This document shows positions 39,856-49,267 of a stretch of 64,000 nt of DNA, in pieces; the stretch's first letter is position 1; the number at the start of each line of letters is the position of its first letter. The position numbers and the translations under genes were made by a program. The stretch is taken from the NCBI GenBank assembly GCA_048885525.1, contig JBHLLP010000001.1, positions 1-64,000 of the forward strand, given 5' to 3'. The DNA is from Candidatus Hermodarchaeota archaeon (GTDB taxonomy: Archaea; Asgardarchaeota; Lokiarchaeia; Sigyniarchaeales; SOKP01). Under the pieces are notes generated by a model. That model was not told the origin of the DNA and did not search any database. It saw nothing but the letters and a program-made list of their open reading frames with translations.

Positions 39856-41271
39856 GTGAGAAATGATTTTATGAATGAAAATGAATCTAGAGAGATTTCT
39901 CTGCGTACTAAACTAGCCTTTGCTTGCGGAGAAGTTGGAGATAATATGGCTTTAAACACCTTTTCATTTTTGATGTTTACTTTTTATTACGCAGTTGTGA
40001 GGATACCTACTAATTTACTAACGTTAGGCTTTATAATTTGGGCTCTATGGAATGCATTTAATGATCCATTAATTGGATACCTTTCAGATAAAACCAAAAG
40101 TAGATGGGGACGGAGGATTCCGTGGATGATAGGCGCTACAATCCCATTAGGAGTTCTGATGATATTATTATTTACTCCTTTATTTACTTATGAACAAAAT
40201 GAGTCTGTTTTTATTTATTTCATCATAATATTGATACTATTTGATATTGCATATACATCCTTTAATCTGAATTATAATGCGCTTTTTTCTGAAATGTTTG
40301 TTGATATGAAACAACGTAGTGCAACTGGAAGAATAAGAATTATTTTTGTATTAATTGCAACCATGTTTGCTATGGTCTTTCCTACTTTAATCATTGATGA
40401 TTTTACTAGTAATGCTCCAATCGTAAAAATTCAATATATAATTGTTGGTATCGTCGCTGCAGCAATTATCTTTATCTTTTATTTTATAATCCTCAAAAAA
40501 GGTGTTGAAGATCCTAAACATATTTCAAAGGACGCAGAATCTGCAATGTCTTTCATAAAAACAATAAAATTTACATTCAAACATAAATCCTTTCTATGGT
40601 TTCTCGGTCCTGCCCTTGGGACTTGGCTTGTAATCAATATTCTACCGACATTAGCTCCGCTTTTCTTCGAGCATGCTGTTGGAATAGATGATCCTGAATT
40701 TATAGGGATATTGCTTTTGGTTATGTTTCTTGTTTCTGCAGCAACCACTCCATTATGGGAGAGAGTTAGAGTTAAATATGGTGCACGGATGAGTGGAATG
40801 ATAGGAATTAGCGTGTGGTTAATATCAATAATTTTTTTTGCCTATTCAATTAATTTTGAAATGGCTCTTATCGCGATGTTTTTCTTGGGATTTGGATTGG
40901 GGGGTGGTCTTTACTTTTATGATCAATGTATTGCAGAAATCATAGATGAAGATGAAATTACCTATGGAGTACGAAGATCTGGTTTTTATTATGCTATTCT
41001 TAATTTCCTTATTAGATTATCGATGATTCTAAATTTTGTGATTATAGGGTTAGTTTTTACTTCTACAGATTGGATGACATATGACCCAATTCCTACAGAT
41101 CCTGAACTTGTAGTATTAGGCCTTCGAATTTTAATGGGAATATACCCTGCACTAATCTTAGCATTTTCTCTGATTGGTATGTATTTCTATCCAATTAAGG
41201 GAGAAAGACTTAGAGAAAACAGAAAAAAATTAACTGAATTGCATGATAAAAAGAAAAGTAGCATTACATAA
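39856..41271 (+). CDS. GPH-family (MelB-like) MFS sugar/polyol symporter
   Basis: WNAFNDPLIGYLSDKTKSRWGRRIPW, IIDEDE..G.RRSG.YY, ~12 TM helices. Confidence 0.88.
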   Translation: MRNDFMNENESREISLRTKLAFACGEVGDNMALNTFSFLMFTFYYAVVRIPTNLLTLGFIIWALWNAFNDPLIGYLSDKTKSRWGRRIPWMIGATIPLGVLMILLFTPLFTYEQNESVFIYFIIILILFDIAYTSFNLNYNALFSEMFVDMKQRSATGRIRIIFVLIATMFAMVFPTLIIDDFTSNAPIVKIQYIIVGIVAAAIIFIFYFIILKKGVEDPKHISKDAESAMSFIKTIKFTFKHKSFLWFLGPALGTWLVINILPTLAPLFFEHAVGIDDPEFIGILLLVMFLVSAATTPLWERVRVKYGARMSGMIGISVWLISIIFFAYSINFEMALIAMFFLGFGLGGGLYFYDQCIAEIIDEDEITYGVRRSGFYYAILNFLIRLSMILNFVIIGLVFTSTDWMTYDPIPTDPELVVLGLRILMGIYPALILAFSLIGMYFYPIKGERLRENRKKLTELHDKKKSSIT

Positions 41272-41365
41272 CCAAGATCTAATAATTTTCCTTTTTTTTT
41301 AAAAAAATCTAGAAATTATTTATTTCTTTCTTTAACTAACAAATATAAGTTAAGTAAATATTTTT

Positions 41366-42559
41366 GTGGATGCAGGTAAAATGAAAACTGTACAAATTAA
41401 AGCTAAATGGGACCCAAAACCAAAATTTAAGTTAGGATCTAAAGATATTCAAGGAAAATTAACTTACTTGGGCTCACAAGTATGGCGTAATCCCGTTATT
41501 GAAGTAATAGAAAAACCCAAACCTCAAATTAAACCAAATGAAGTATTGATCAAATTAAAAAGATGTGGAATCTGCGGATCTGATGTCCATATGGCCCAGT
41601 CATATGATGATGGATATATTTATTATCCTGGTTTAACCGCATTTCCAGTAACCCTAGGACATGAATTTGCTGGTGAAATTGTTGAAGTTGGAAGCCAAGC
41701 AATAAATAAAAGAACCGGAAGACTATATGAAAGGGGAGAACCTGTAACTGTTGAAGAAATGGTTTGGTGTGGCGAATGTAAACCTTGCTGTGATGGCTAT
41801 CCTAATCATTGTGAAAGATTGCAAGAAATTGGTTTCTCTATAGATGGAGCTTATGCTGAATATATCGCAGTTCCAGCCAAATTATGTTGGAGTTTAAAAA
41901 AATTAGAAAATAAGTATAGTGACATTTTTAAGATAGGGAGTTTAGTAGAACCAACTTCAGTAGCATATAACGCAGTTATAGAAAGAGGTGGTGGAATTCG
42001 ACCCGGAGAGAATGTAGTGATTCTGGGAGCTGGTCCTATTGGTCTAGCAGCAATAAAAATTCTGAAAACCGCTGGAGCTGCAGTATGTATTGTTTCAGAA
42101 CCCGAAGAGAGCCGAGCTTCATTAGCGCAAAAAATGGGTGCTGATTATGTAATTAATCCAATTAGGGAAAATTTTGTTGAAAAAATAAAAGAATACACTG
42201 ATAATGAAGGTGCTGCGATATATCTCGAAGCAACAGGATTACCGCACATCGTAACTAACGATATACAAAATGCAATATGGGAATGTAAAGCTGTTAATAG
42301 CACGGTAGTTATTGTAGCCAGAGCAGAACAAAATATGTCAGTTTGTGGCGAATATTTCCAAGTAAGGAGAGCTCGTATTGTTGGAGCTCAAGGTCATTCT
42401 GGTCATGGTAATTTTCCTAATGTGATAAATTGTATGGCAGCTGGAATGGACATGACACCAATGGTTACGAAAGAAATATCTCTTGATGAAGTCCCCAAAT
42501 ATCTTAAAATTTTACAGACCGACAAGGAAAATTGTAAAATTTCAGTTAAAATAGCTTAA
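41366..42559 (+). CDS. iolM: Scyllo-inosose 3-dehydrogenase (Zn-dependent MDR)
   Basis: AKWDPKP.FKLG.KDI.GKLTYLGSQVWRNP N-terminus, CGICGSDVHM, YPGLT.FPVTLGHEF, GAQGHSGHG.FP. Confidence 0.82.
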   Translation: MDAGKMKTVQIKAKWDPKPKFKLGSKDIQGKLTYLGSQVWRNPVIEVIEKPKPQIKPNEVLIKLKRCGICGSDVHMAQSYDDGYIYYPGLTAFPVTLGHEFAGEIVEVGSQAINKRTGRLYERGEPVTVEEMVWCGECKPCCDGYPNHCERLQEIGFSIDGAYAEYIAVPAKLCWSLKKLENKYSDIFKIGSLVEPTSVAYNAVIERGGGIRPGENVVILGAGPIGLAAIKILKTAGAAVCIVSEPEESRASLAQKMGADYVINPIRENFVEKIKEYTDNEGAAIYLEATGLPHIVTNDIQNAIWECKAVNSTVVIVARAEQNMSVCGEYFQVRRARIVGAQGHSGHGNFPNVINCMAAGMDMTPMVTKEISLDEVPKYLKILQTDKENCKISVKIA

Positions 42560-42687
42560 TATTTTAAAATTCTAGTTACATTATATTTTAGAAAGTCTAA
42601 ATAACAAGAAACAATCAAAACTTTTTTATATCATTTTCATCTATTTTTGTTATTCAAATATTATAATTTTTAAAGAGATCTGATATC

Positions 42688-43275
42688 ATGAATGAAAATC
42701 GTTATGAGGAAGAAGATATTGAATTAGAGGAGGAAACTGAAAGTAGTGAAAAAATTCTTGAAAAACAAAAAAAGGAAGAAGAAATTACTTCAAAAAGAGC
42801 TGAAACCTGTTACTTTAAAACTGAAAATCCAGAAACTCTAGAGATTATGGAAAGTGAACCCCTGTACAGAACTCCATCGACAAATATTATAGAAAGTGAG
42901 GAAGTGTATTATATACTTGTGGAATTACCAGGTTTAGATAAAAAGAACGTAAAAATATCCTTACAAGGAGGAATTTTAGAATTAATTGGTGAAAAAACAA
43001 TAAGAGAAAAAGAAAAAAAGGAAAAAGAAAAAGACAAGAAAGAAAAAAAAGATGAGAAGAAAGATAAAGACAAAAAAAAAGAAAAATATAAGGAAATAAA
43101 GGGAAACTATTTAAGGAGAGAAATTCGAACCACTAATTTCTTTCGATGTTTTCATCTACCCGAGGGCATAATTCCCGAAGAAATTGATGCCAGCTTTAAA
43201 AATGGTATCTTGAGGCTAATAATCCCTAAAAAATTAGCAGGGATTAGTGAAAAAAAAGTAATAGAAATTAAATAA
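42688..43275 (+). CDS. Small heat-shock protein (Hsp20) with charged insertion
   Basis: VELPGLDK..V.I, ASFKNGILRLIIPK, C-terminal VIEIK (IXI motif). Confidence 0.88.
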   Translation: MNENRYEEEDIELEEETESSEKILEKQKKEEEITSKRAETCYFKTENPETLEIMESEPLYRTPSTNIIESEEVYYILVELPGLDKKNVKISLQGGILELIGEKTIREKEKKEKEKDKKEKKDEKKDKDKKKEKYKEIKGNYLRREIRTTNFFRCFHLPEGIIPEEIDASFKNGILRLIIPKKLAGISEKKVIEIK

Positions 43276-43339
43276 ATTCAAATAATTATTATTCTCCAAT
43301 TTTTTTACTTTTCTCATTAATTTTTTAAAAATAATTATT

Positions 43340-44158
43340 TTATCTCTTTAAAATTAAACTCAGATATTCAGAGGATTCCCTAGCAACTTCCTCAAATGAT
43401 GGTTTCATAATTGTTTCAATAGATACAAAATCATTATAACCTACATTATTAAAAATATTTAAAAATGTTTTAAAATCAAAATGTCCTGTACCTGGGGCTC
43501 TTCTTGTACAATCAGCTAAATGGATATGTGAGACATAGTCAGTAACTTCTTCTAAATAATCCCAAATAAAACCAGGATCTTCTTCCAAATAAATATGATA
43601 TGAATCCAATAATAATTTTAAGTTTTCAGAACCAATCTCATTTAATAATTCTATTGATTCTGAAATTGTATTATAAGAATCAATTTCGAATCGATTTATG
43701 GGTTCAAATAATAGTATAACATCATTATTTTCTGCTATTCGACAACACTCCTTTAGAGAGGATTTTATATTACTCTTTTCTTTTTTAGAATTGCTCTCAA
43801 AATTGAAACGTCCTCGAATTAATCCAATTATAACTTTTGATTCAATTTCATGAGCAAAATTTATATATTCTTGAATCCTTTGAATTGCTTTCATTCTAAT
43901 GTCATTGTTATGATGCCCTAAAGAATATCCGAAACGAATATATGTATTACCAGTTCCAATAGCAGAGATCTCTAGTTCATATGAATCCTTAATTTCATTT
44001 ATCTTAACTTTATCAATTTTCTCTGGTTCAAGAAGAGATAATTCAATTCCATCATAATTTAAAGAGTTCAAAAAATCACATAATTCAGAAAATTTTTTTA
44101 AAACCTCATCTTGGGTATTTTTAGATTCATTTAATCCAGAGACAATACTTAGTTTCAT
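43340..44158 (-). CDS. iolO: 5-keto-L-gluconate epimerase-like (xylose-isomerase TIM barrel)
   Basis: YDGIEL, AIGTG, VIIGLIRG, EPINRFE, LLDSYH..EE, HIHLAD..R.APG.GH.DF; inositol cluster context. Confidence 0.72.
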   Translation of the reverse strand: MKLSIVSGLNESKNTQDEVLKKFSELCDFLNSLNYDGIELSLLEPEKIDKVKINEIKDSYELEISAIGTGNTYIRFGYSLGHHNNDIRMKAIQRIQEYINFAHEIESKVIIGLIRGRFNFESNSKKEKSNIKSSLKECCRIAENNDVILLFEPINRFEIDSYNTISESIELLNEIGSENLKLLLDSYHIYLEEDPGFIWDYLEEVTDYVSHIHLADCTRRAPGTGHFDFKTFLNIFNNVGYNDFVSIETIMKPSFEEVARESSEYLSLILKR

Positions 44159-44288
44159 GATCCTATATCAAATGAAATTTGAATAAAATAGTACTTCACT
44201 AATATAATAATATTAAGTTAAATTATTTTAAAATAGCAAAAAAAGAAAAAAGTATATCCTTAAATAAAGTTAATTAACTCATAAGATC

Positions 44289-45113
44289 TTGAAAATGAAA
44301 GAAAATCTTGCGACCAAATCTGTTATGTCTTCTTACTTTTTTGAGGATCCTAAATATAACACCGTTATTAGAGAAATAAATAAAATTAAAGTAAGTTATT
44401 ATTATTTTGATTTAAAAATTATATTAAAAACGGGAAAAAGCCAAGTTTTAAATGGAAGTTTATTATTGGGAGATGCTAATTTAATCATTGAAAATAAAGA
44501 AATACAATTAAATCAATTTGACATTTTCTTTATTCCTCCTGAAAAAGAAATTATTATTAGAGGAAAGAGTAAATCAAAATATAAAATTGCCTTAGTTTTT
44601 AGCCCCACTGAGGCTAGACGGGATCTCTCTTTTGAAGTAAAGAAGTATAATATAGAGAATTTCATACCACGAGGGGAATCTAGCTCTAATGAAAAATTGT
44701 CAACTTATAGAACAGTATGGACAGCTTTTAACAATGGTTTTTTTATGTCAGGGATAACCAACATACCTAATGAATCTCTGAAAACAGGTGTGGTGACAAG
44801 CGTCAATTTGGAAAAAAATAGGGAAAAAGGAAAAGTAGAAATTTACCCTCATATTCATCCGGAGTTTCCTGAATTATATATATATCTTATTGATGACAAT
44901 GATTATGCTGTTACCCAATATTTAATAAATTCTAAAGGTCAATCTGTTTGCAAAGATCTATCAAATGGAGATGGATTATTTTTTCCAGGAGATTTAGGGC
45001 ATGTTAATTTTGCGAAACCTTTTTATAGAAATTTAAAATTCTGTTCCTATATCTGGTTTATTCCTACTTTTGGTAAAAAAGGGGGAATAACTCCAATTAC
45101 TTTAAAAATTTAA
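44289..45113 (+). CDS. Bicupin-like hypothetical protein in the inositol cluster
   Basis: LNQFDIFFIPP (cupin 1) and PHIHPEFPELYIY..GDGLFFP..GHVN (metal-binding cupin 2). Confidence 0.55.
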   Translation: MKMKENLATKSVMSSYFFEDPKYNTVIREINKIKVSYYYFDLKIILKTGKSQVLNGSLLLGDANLIIENKEIQLNQFDIFFIPPEKEIIIRGKSKSKYKIALVFSPTEARRDLSFEVKKYNIENFIPRGESSSNEKLSTYRTVWTAFNNGFFMSGITNIPNESLKTGVVTSVNLEKNREKGKVEIYPHIHPEFPELYIYLIDDNDYAVTQYLINSKGQSVCKDLSNGDGLFFPGDLGHVNFAKPFYRNLKFCSYIWFIPTFGKKGGITPITLKI

Positions 45114-45158
45114 ACTGATGGATCATTCTATTACTTGAACTATTTTTCGTGATTAATT

Positions 45159-46127
45159 ATGAGTAAATGGAATTTGCCGCCTAAAGGCGGGCATATGGAT
45201 AAACCGAGTGGTATTTACCTTCAAAACATGTCTATAGCAGAAATCAAAGAAAGAGTAAAAAAAAATGATCTTATTATTATCCCTTGTGGTTCTACTGAAA
45301 ATCATGGTCCCGCTGCATGTATTGGAGAAGATACTTTCTTAGTCACCCGAATGGCAGAATTAATCGCCCAAAAAACTGGATGTACTGTGACTCAACCAAC
45401 ATGGTATGGTTCACATCCATATCATCATGTAGGAATGCCTGGAACTATCATTGTTCCTGAAGAAACTTTTAAATCTCTATTAAGATCAGTAATGGCTGGA
45501 TGTTGGAATATGGGATTTAGAAAAATGATATTATTAAATGGACATGGTCAAGAATATGTTATTCCAAGTGCAATACACGAGTTTGCAAAAAATTACCAAT
45601 TACCTATGGTTGTATGTAATGTTAATTGGTATCACGCAATTCCTCAGCATTGTATGGATCAGGAACATGGTGGTCCATTTGAAACGCCCTTTATTCATGC
45701 AGATGAAGCTGAAACATCTTTTTCGATGACATTATTTCCTGAGATGGTTAAAAAGATAGATTCCTGCGAGGATAACACTCCTGTAGGTTGGATGCCCGAG
45801 GGTCATGTAGACAAAGCAGGAAATATCTATCAACGACCTATTAAATGGTATGGTCAAGTTGGATTTGGTCCTATTGAAGTGTCTGCTTATCCAGAAGGTC
45901 ATGTTGGTTGTCCTAGCAAAGCTACTTTTGAAAAAGGAAAACCCGGTATTGAAGCATTTCTCGATTACCTAGAAAAACTTGTTAATGATATACTGAAAAC
46001 ATTTCCACCCGGAATACTTCCCCCAATTGAAGGAATTACTCAAAGAGATCCACAACAAATTGAGCCTTATATTAAAGGGCCTTTAAATGGAGGGAAGAGT
46101 ATTTATGAATTGAGATATCCACCTTAA
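45159..46127 (+). CDS. iolN: 3-dehydro-scyllo-inosose hydrolase (creatininase family)
   Basis: GSTENHG..GED, YGSHPYHH.GMPGT, NGHGQEYVIP, ETPFIHADEAETS; cluster context. Confidence 0.8.
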   Translation: MSKWNLPPKGGHMDKPSGIYLQNMSIAEIKERVKKNDLIIIPCGSTENHGPAACIGEDTFLVTRMAELIAQKTGCTVTQPTWYGSHPYHHVGMPGTIIVPEETFKSLLRSVMAGCWNMGFRKMILLNGHGQEYVIPSAIHEFAKNYQLPMVVCNVNWYHAIPQHCMDQEHGGPFETPFIHADEAETSFSMTLFPEMVKKIDSCEDNTPVGWMPEGHVDKAGNIYQRPIKWYGQVGFGPIEVSAYPEGHVGCPSKATFEKGKPGIEAFLDYLEKLVNDILKTFPPGILPPIEGITQRDPQQIEPYIKGPLNGGKSIYELRYPP

Positions 46128-46236
46128 AATCTCAATTAAATTTTTTTTTATAGAAGATCATAAAAAGATAACACAATTGACTTATAGGAAAAACTAATAA
46201 AAATAAAAATAGAAAAAAAAAACGGATTATTATAAA

Positions 46237-46731
46237 TTAAATTTGTGTGCCACAATATGAACAAAATTGTGCAGTATCCTTAGTTATTGGAGTTCCACAA
46301 TTAGGACAATATTTCGCGCGCTCTTCTACAACTTCTTCTGTTTTTGGAATTGATAAATGTTTTATTTGTCCTGTAGTTGTATTGAATTTTCCTCTTAATT
46401 GACCCGAAGCTTTTAAATCTAATACAATTGCATTAATATCTTTTCGGGAGATTCCTGTACTTATACTAATATCATCTACAGTTGCTTCAGGATTTACTTG
46501 AAATTCAGCAAGGACTACATTTCTTAACTTACTTCTATTAGTTATCGCATATATTTGACTAACTAAAATTGATATCCCGATTCCTGTGCTTATGAAACCC
46601 CACCATTCAAAACCATCTCCCCAATTAATAAATTCATTAATGCCCCAGTAAAGAAAAGCACCAGCGATGATCAGAGCACAAATAGAGAACCCTTCAGAAT
46701 ATTGATTTCTTTTATATTTCATTTGATTCAC
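46237..46731 (-). CDS. Two-TM protein with winged-helix-like region and C-terminal double zinc ribbon
   Basis: Two hydrophobic helices, ATVDDIS..TGIS..L...GQLRGKF, YCPNCG..FCSYCG. Confidence 0.7.
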   Translation of the reverse strand: MNQMKYKRNQYSEGFSICALIIAGAFLYWGINEFINWGDGFEWWGFISTGIGISILVSQIYAITNRSKLRNVVLAEFQVNPEATVDDISISTGISRKDINAIVLDLKASGQLRGKFNTTTGQIKHLSIPKTEEVVEERAKYCPNCGTPITKDTAQFCSYCGTQI

Positions 46732-46869
46732 TTAAGCTTTTTATAATTTAAATCGAATTATCTAGGTATTTGTTAGGAAGTTTTATAAATATTTAGATTA
46801 TATTTATATAAATATAATTTTTTAAATCGTAACAAAGTTATGATAAAGAAGACATGTAAATATTATTAT

Positions 46870-47223
46870 TTAATTTGTAATTATACACTTATTTATAATT
46901 TCGAATATAGACCTATAATCTACTTGGTCATCCAATAATGTAATTATTATATTACCTAAAATTTTTACCGAAAGTATATAATAGTTTGAACAATGTATTA
47001 AATTGAAATCAGGGGTATGCACTCCAACTTCTGTTGTTATTTCTTCAGCTAGCTCATATAATTGCGACATATTTAACCCTATTGATGACTTATTGAATTC
47101 CTGATTAATATACGATTTAATAACAGCTCCATTTTCAGAAGTAATAAGAACAAAATAAACCCCTATCCCTAATTCCTTAACTAAATTATCAAGAACTAAG
47201 TCGAGATTTAAAATAGCTGTCAT
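46870..47223 (-). CDS. Roadblock/longin-like small protein
   Basis: VYFVLITSENGAVIKS..helix..three-strand pattern. Confidence 0.5.
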   Translation of the reverse strand: MTAILNLDLVLDNLVKELGIGVYFVLITSENGAVIKSYINQEFNKSSIGLNMSQLYELAEEITTEVGVHTPDFNLIHCSNYYILSVKILGNIIITLLDDQVDYRSIFEIINKCIITN

Positions 47224-47472
47224 TATGATATAATTTATTGGTTTTTTAATATATAATTTTGGGTAAAAATTATTGTCTTAACTCTAAAAGTCGAATTATA
47301 TAAAAGGAATATAAAATCATAATTCGAAAGATAATATATCAATATAAAAAAGTTTCATTTAGCTTAATTTTCGATAAGAAATATTAAAAGTTCAATTATC
47401 ATTCTTTTTATTTGAATTTACTAATCCAAATTTCAAATTGATAATAAATAACAATGTTACAGATAGATTAAT

Positions 47473-48126
47473 TTGAAAAATGCTGAACTTATTTCACGAG
47501 GTATTCTCTATATAGCCATTCCAATTGCTTTCTTAAATTGGATTGATACTTATGTCTTATCATTTCTGGATAGTTCGTTTCAAATTATTAATATTCAATT
47601 AATTTTAGATTACGTTTTTATATTTATAATTAGTACAATTGGCTCACTTATTACTAAAGATAAGGAAGATGGAATGTTAGCAGGATTTTATGGTAGTTCT
47701 TTAGCATTAATAATATGGTTAGGTATACAATTATTTTCAGCCCCTCTTGTTTATTTTGTTAATTCAATAATGGTATTTTTTACCGTGTCAAACCTTGCTT
47801 TATTTGTTGTAAATATTGTATCTCAAGTTACTATGCAGTTTTTATTGATATATATTCTTTACAAGCAAAAATTACGTACACTCCAAATTACTTTACTAAT
47901 TATGTTTATAGTTGGTTATATTTTTCCCATCGCATTACTAATATCTGTAGAGTGGGGATATATGGCCTCTTGGAGTAGCGTAATCCACCTTGTTTTATAT
48001 TTTCTAGTAGAATACGTAGCATTAATTATAATATCTACGATCAGTGGATTGTTTGGAGGATGGATTGGAATGAATTTCCTAATAAAATATGAAGATAAAA
48101 ATTCAAATTATCAACAAATACTATAA
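47473..48126 (+). CDS. Polytopic membrane protein
   Basis: About 6 hydrophobic segments. Confidence 0.6.
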   Translation: MKNAELISRGILYIAIPIAFLNWIDTYVLSFLDSSFQIINIQLILDYVFIFIISTIGSLITKDKEDGMLAGFYGSSLALIIWLGIQLFSAPLVYFVNSIMVFFTVSNLALFVVNIVSQVTMQFLLIYILYKQKLRTLQITLLIMFIVGYIFPIALLISVEWGYMASWSSVIHLVLYFLVEYVALIIISTISGLFGGWIGMNFLIKYEDKNSNYQQIL

Positions 48127-48130
48127 TTTA

Positions 48131-48230
48131 TGGGCCTGGCAGGATTCGAACCTGCGACATCCCAGTCCGAAGCCTTATGCTTCAACGTGTGGGTTGAATG
48201 GGCACCCTATCCAGACTAGATTACAGGCCC
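48131..48230 (-). tRNA. tRNA-Arg(TCG) with 25-nt intron at 29/30 (48175-48199)
   Basis: GGGCCTG/CAGGCCC acceptor; BHB GTGC-CCA / GCAT-AAG; spliced arm CCCGG-CTTCGGA-CTGGG. Confidence 0.9.
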
Positions 48231-48356
48231 CTTTTAAACATATAATAAAGAAGCAAGTTATGTTATTTTCATTTATTATTTCTAAAAAATATTATTGAAT
48301 TAGATTAATAATTAATTACTTAGATCTTATGAAATATAGGAAAAGCATAATAATTT

Positions 48357-48794
48357 TTAGATAACTTCCTTTTGAAAACCATTATTTAGATATTTTATGA
48401 ATAATCGAAATAATTTTGTAAATCTTAATCCTTGAGAAAGATCTCCATCAACTTTTATTATTCCTTTCATAAAAGCATCTAATCCATCCATCTCACGCTT
48501 TAAAATTTTAACTAATATATCTTTAGTGTATTTAATTCTAACTAATGCACTTCTATTAATACCTTTTTTGTAAATAATTGAATCATTTGATAATTTTAGC
48601 CAAAAATTAAAATTTATGTCAGTAATCATTATTTGGTATACGTCATTATAATCTAATACTTCTTCTCGTAATTCTTCTGTAGTTTTGAATTTGTTAATGG
48701 CAAAATTAATGATTTTATCAAGAATAGCAATAAATTCCTTATTGTGGATTTCCAAATAATGGATCACAGAATTGTAGCTTTTTGAATTAAGCAT
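48357..48794 (-). CDS. SCP2 sterol/lipid-binding domain protein
   Basis: MDGLDAFMKGIIKVDGDL. Confidence 0.8.
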   Translation of the reverse strand: MLNSKSYNSVIHYLEIHNKEFIAILDKIINFAINKFKTTEELREEVLDYNDVYQIMITDINFNFWLKLSNDSIIYKKGINRSALVRIKYTKDILVKILKREMDGLDAFMKGIIKVDGDLSQGLRFTKLFRLFIKYLNNGFQKEVI

Positions 48795-48970
48795 ACTACT
48801 TTATCGTTGATATTAATTCAAATATAATATATTATTATACCCAAATATTCCTTATAATCTACTTCGTCTTTAATGCATATAAATCTTTCCATTTAGTATA
48901 TTAACCAGCTTTTCAGAATAAAATTTTTATATTTTCCTTTATTCCTTTAGTTAAATAACTAAATTTTTTT

Positions 48971-49110
48971 GCGGCTATAGTGTAGCCCGGTCTAGCATTC
49001 GGGACTGTCACTCCTGTCTGAGATAAAATAACTTTTATCTGGGGAGATCGACGCGGGTTCAAAAAAAGAGTTCCTTTCGAGCTTTTTAGAAAATCCCGCT
49101 AGCCGCGCCA
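48971..49110 (+). tRNA. tRNA-Asp(GTC) with two non-canonical introns (43/44, 49017-49048; 59/60, 49064-49093), CCA encoded
   Basis: Spliced cloverleaf GCGGCTA..CGGGA-CTGTCAC-TCCTG-CGAC-GCGGG-TTCAAAT-CCCGC-TAGCCGC-G-CCA; BHB CTCC/GGAG. Confidence 0.9.
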
Positions 49111-49267
49111 TTCTAAATTAATCTTACTCTTAAAAGTTAAAATAATAAGTAGAAATTCTAAATTTAATATGATTTAATATATCTAAAACTGATTAATTAA
49201 AAAAATTAATAAAAAAAAAGAAATGTATAAATGGAATGTGCTAAATAGAGAGGTTAAATTAAGTTCC

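Noticed and set aside
48089-48298. 69-aa ORF containing WAWQDSNLR
   Set aside because: Antisense translation of tRNA-Arg
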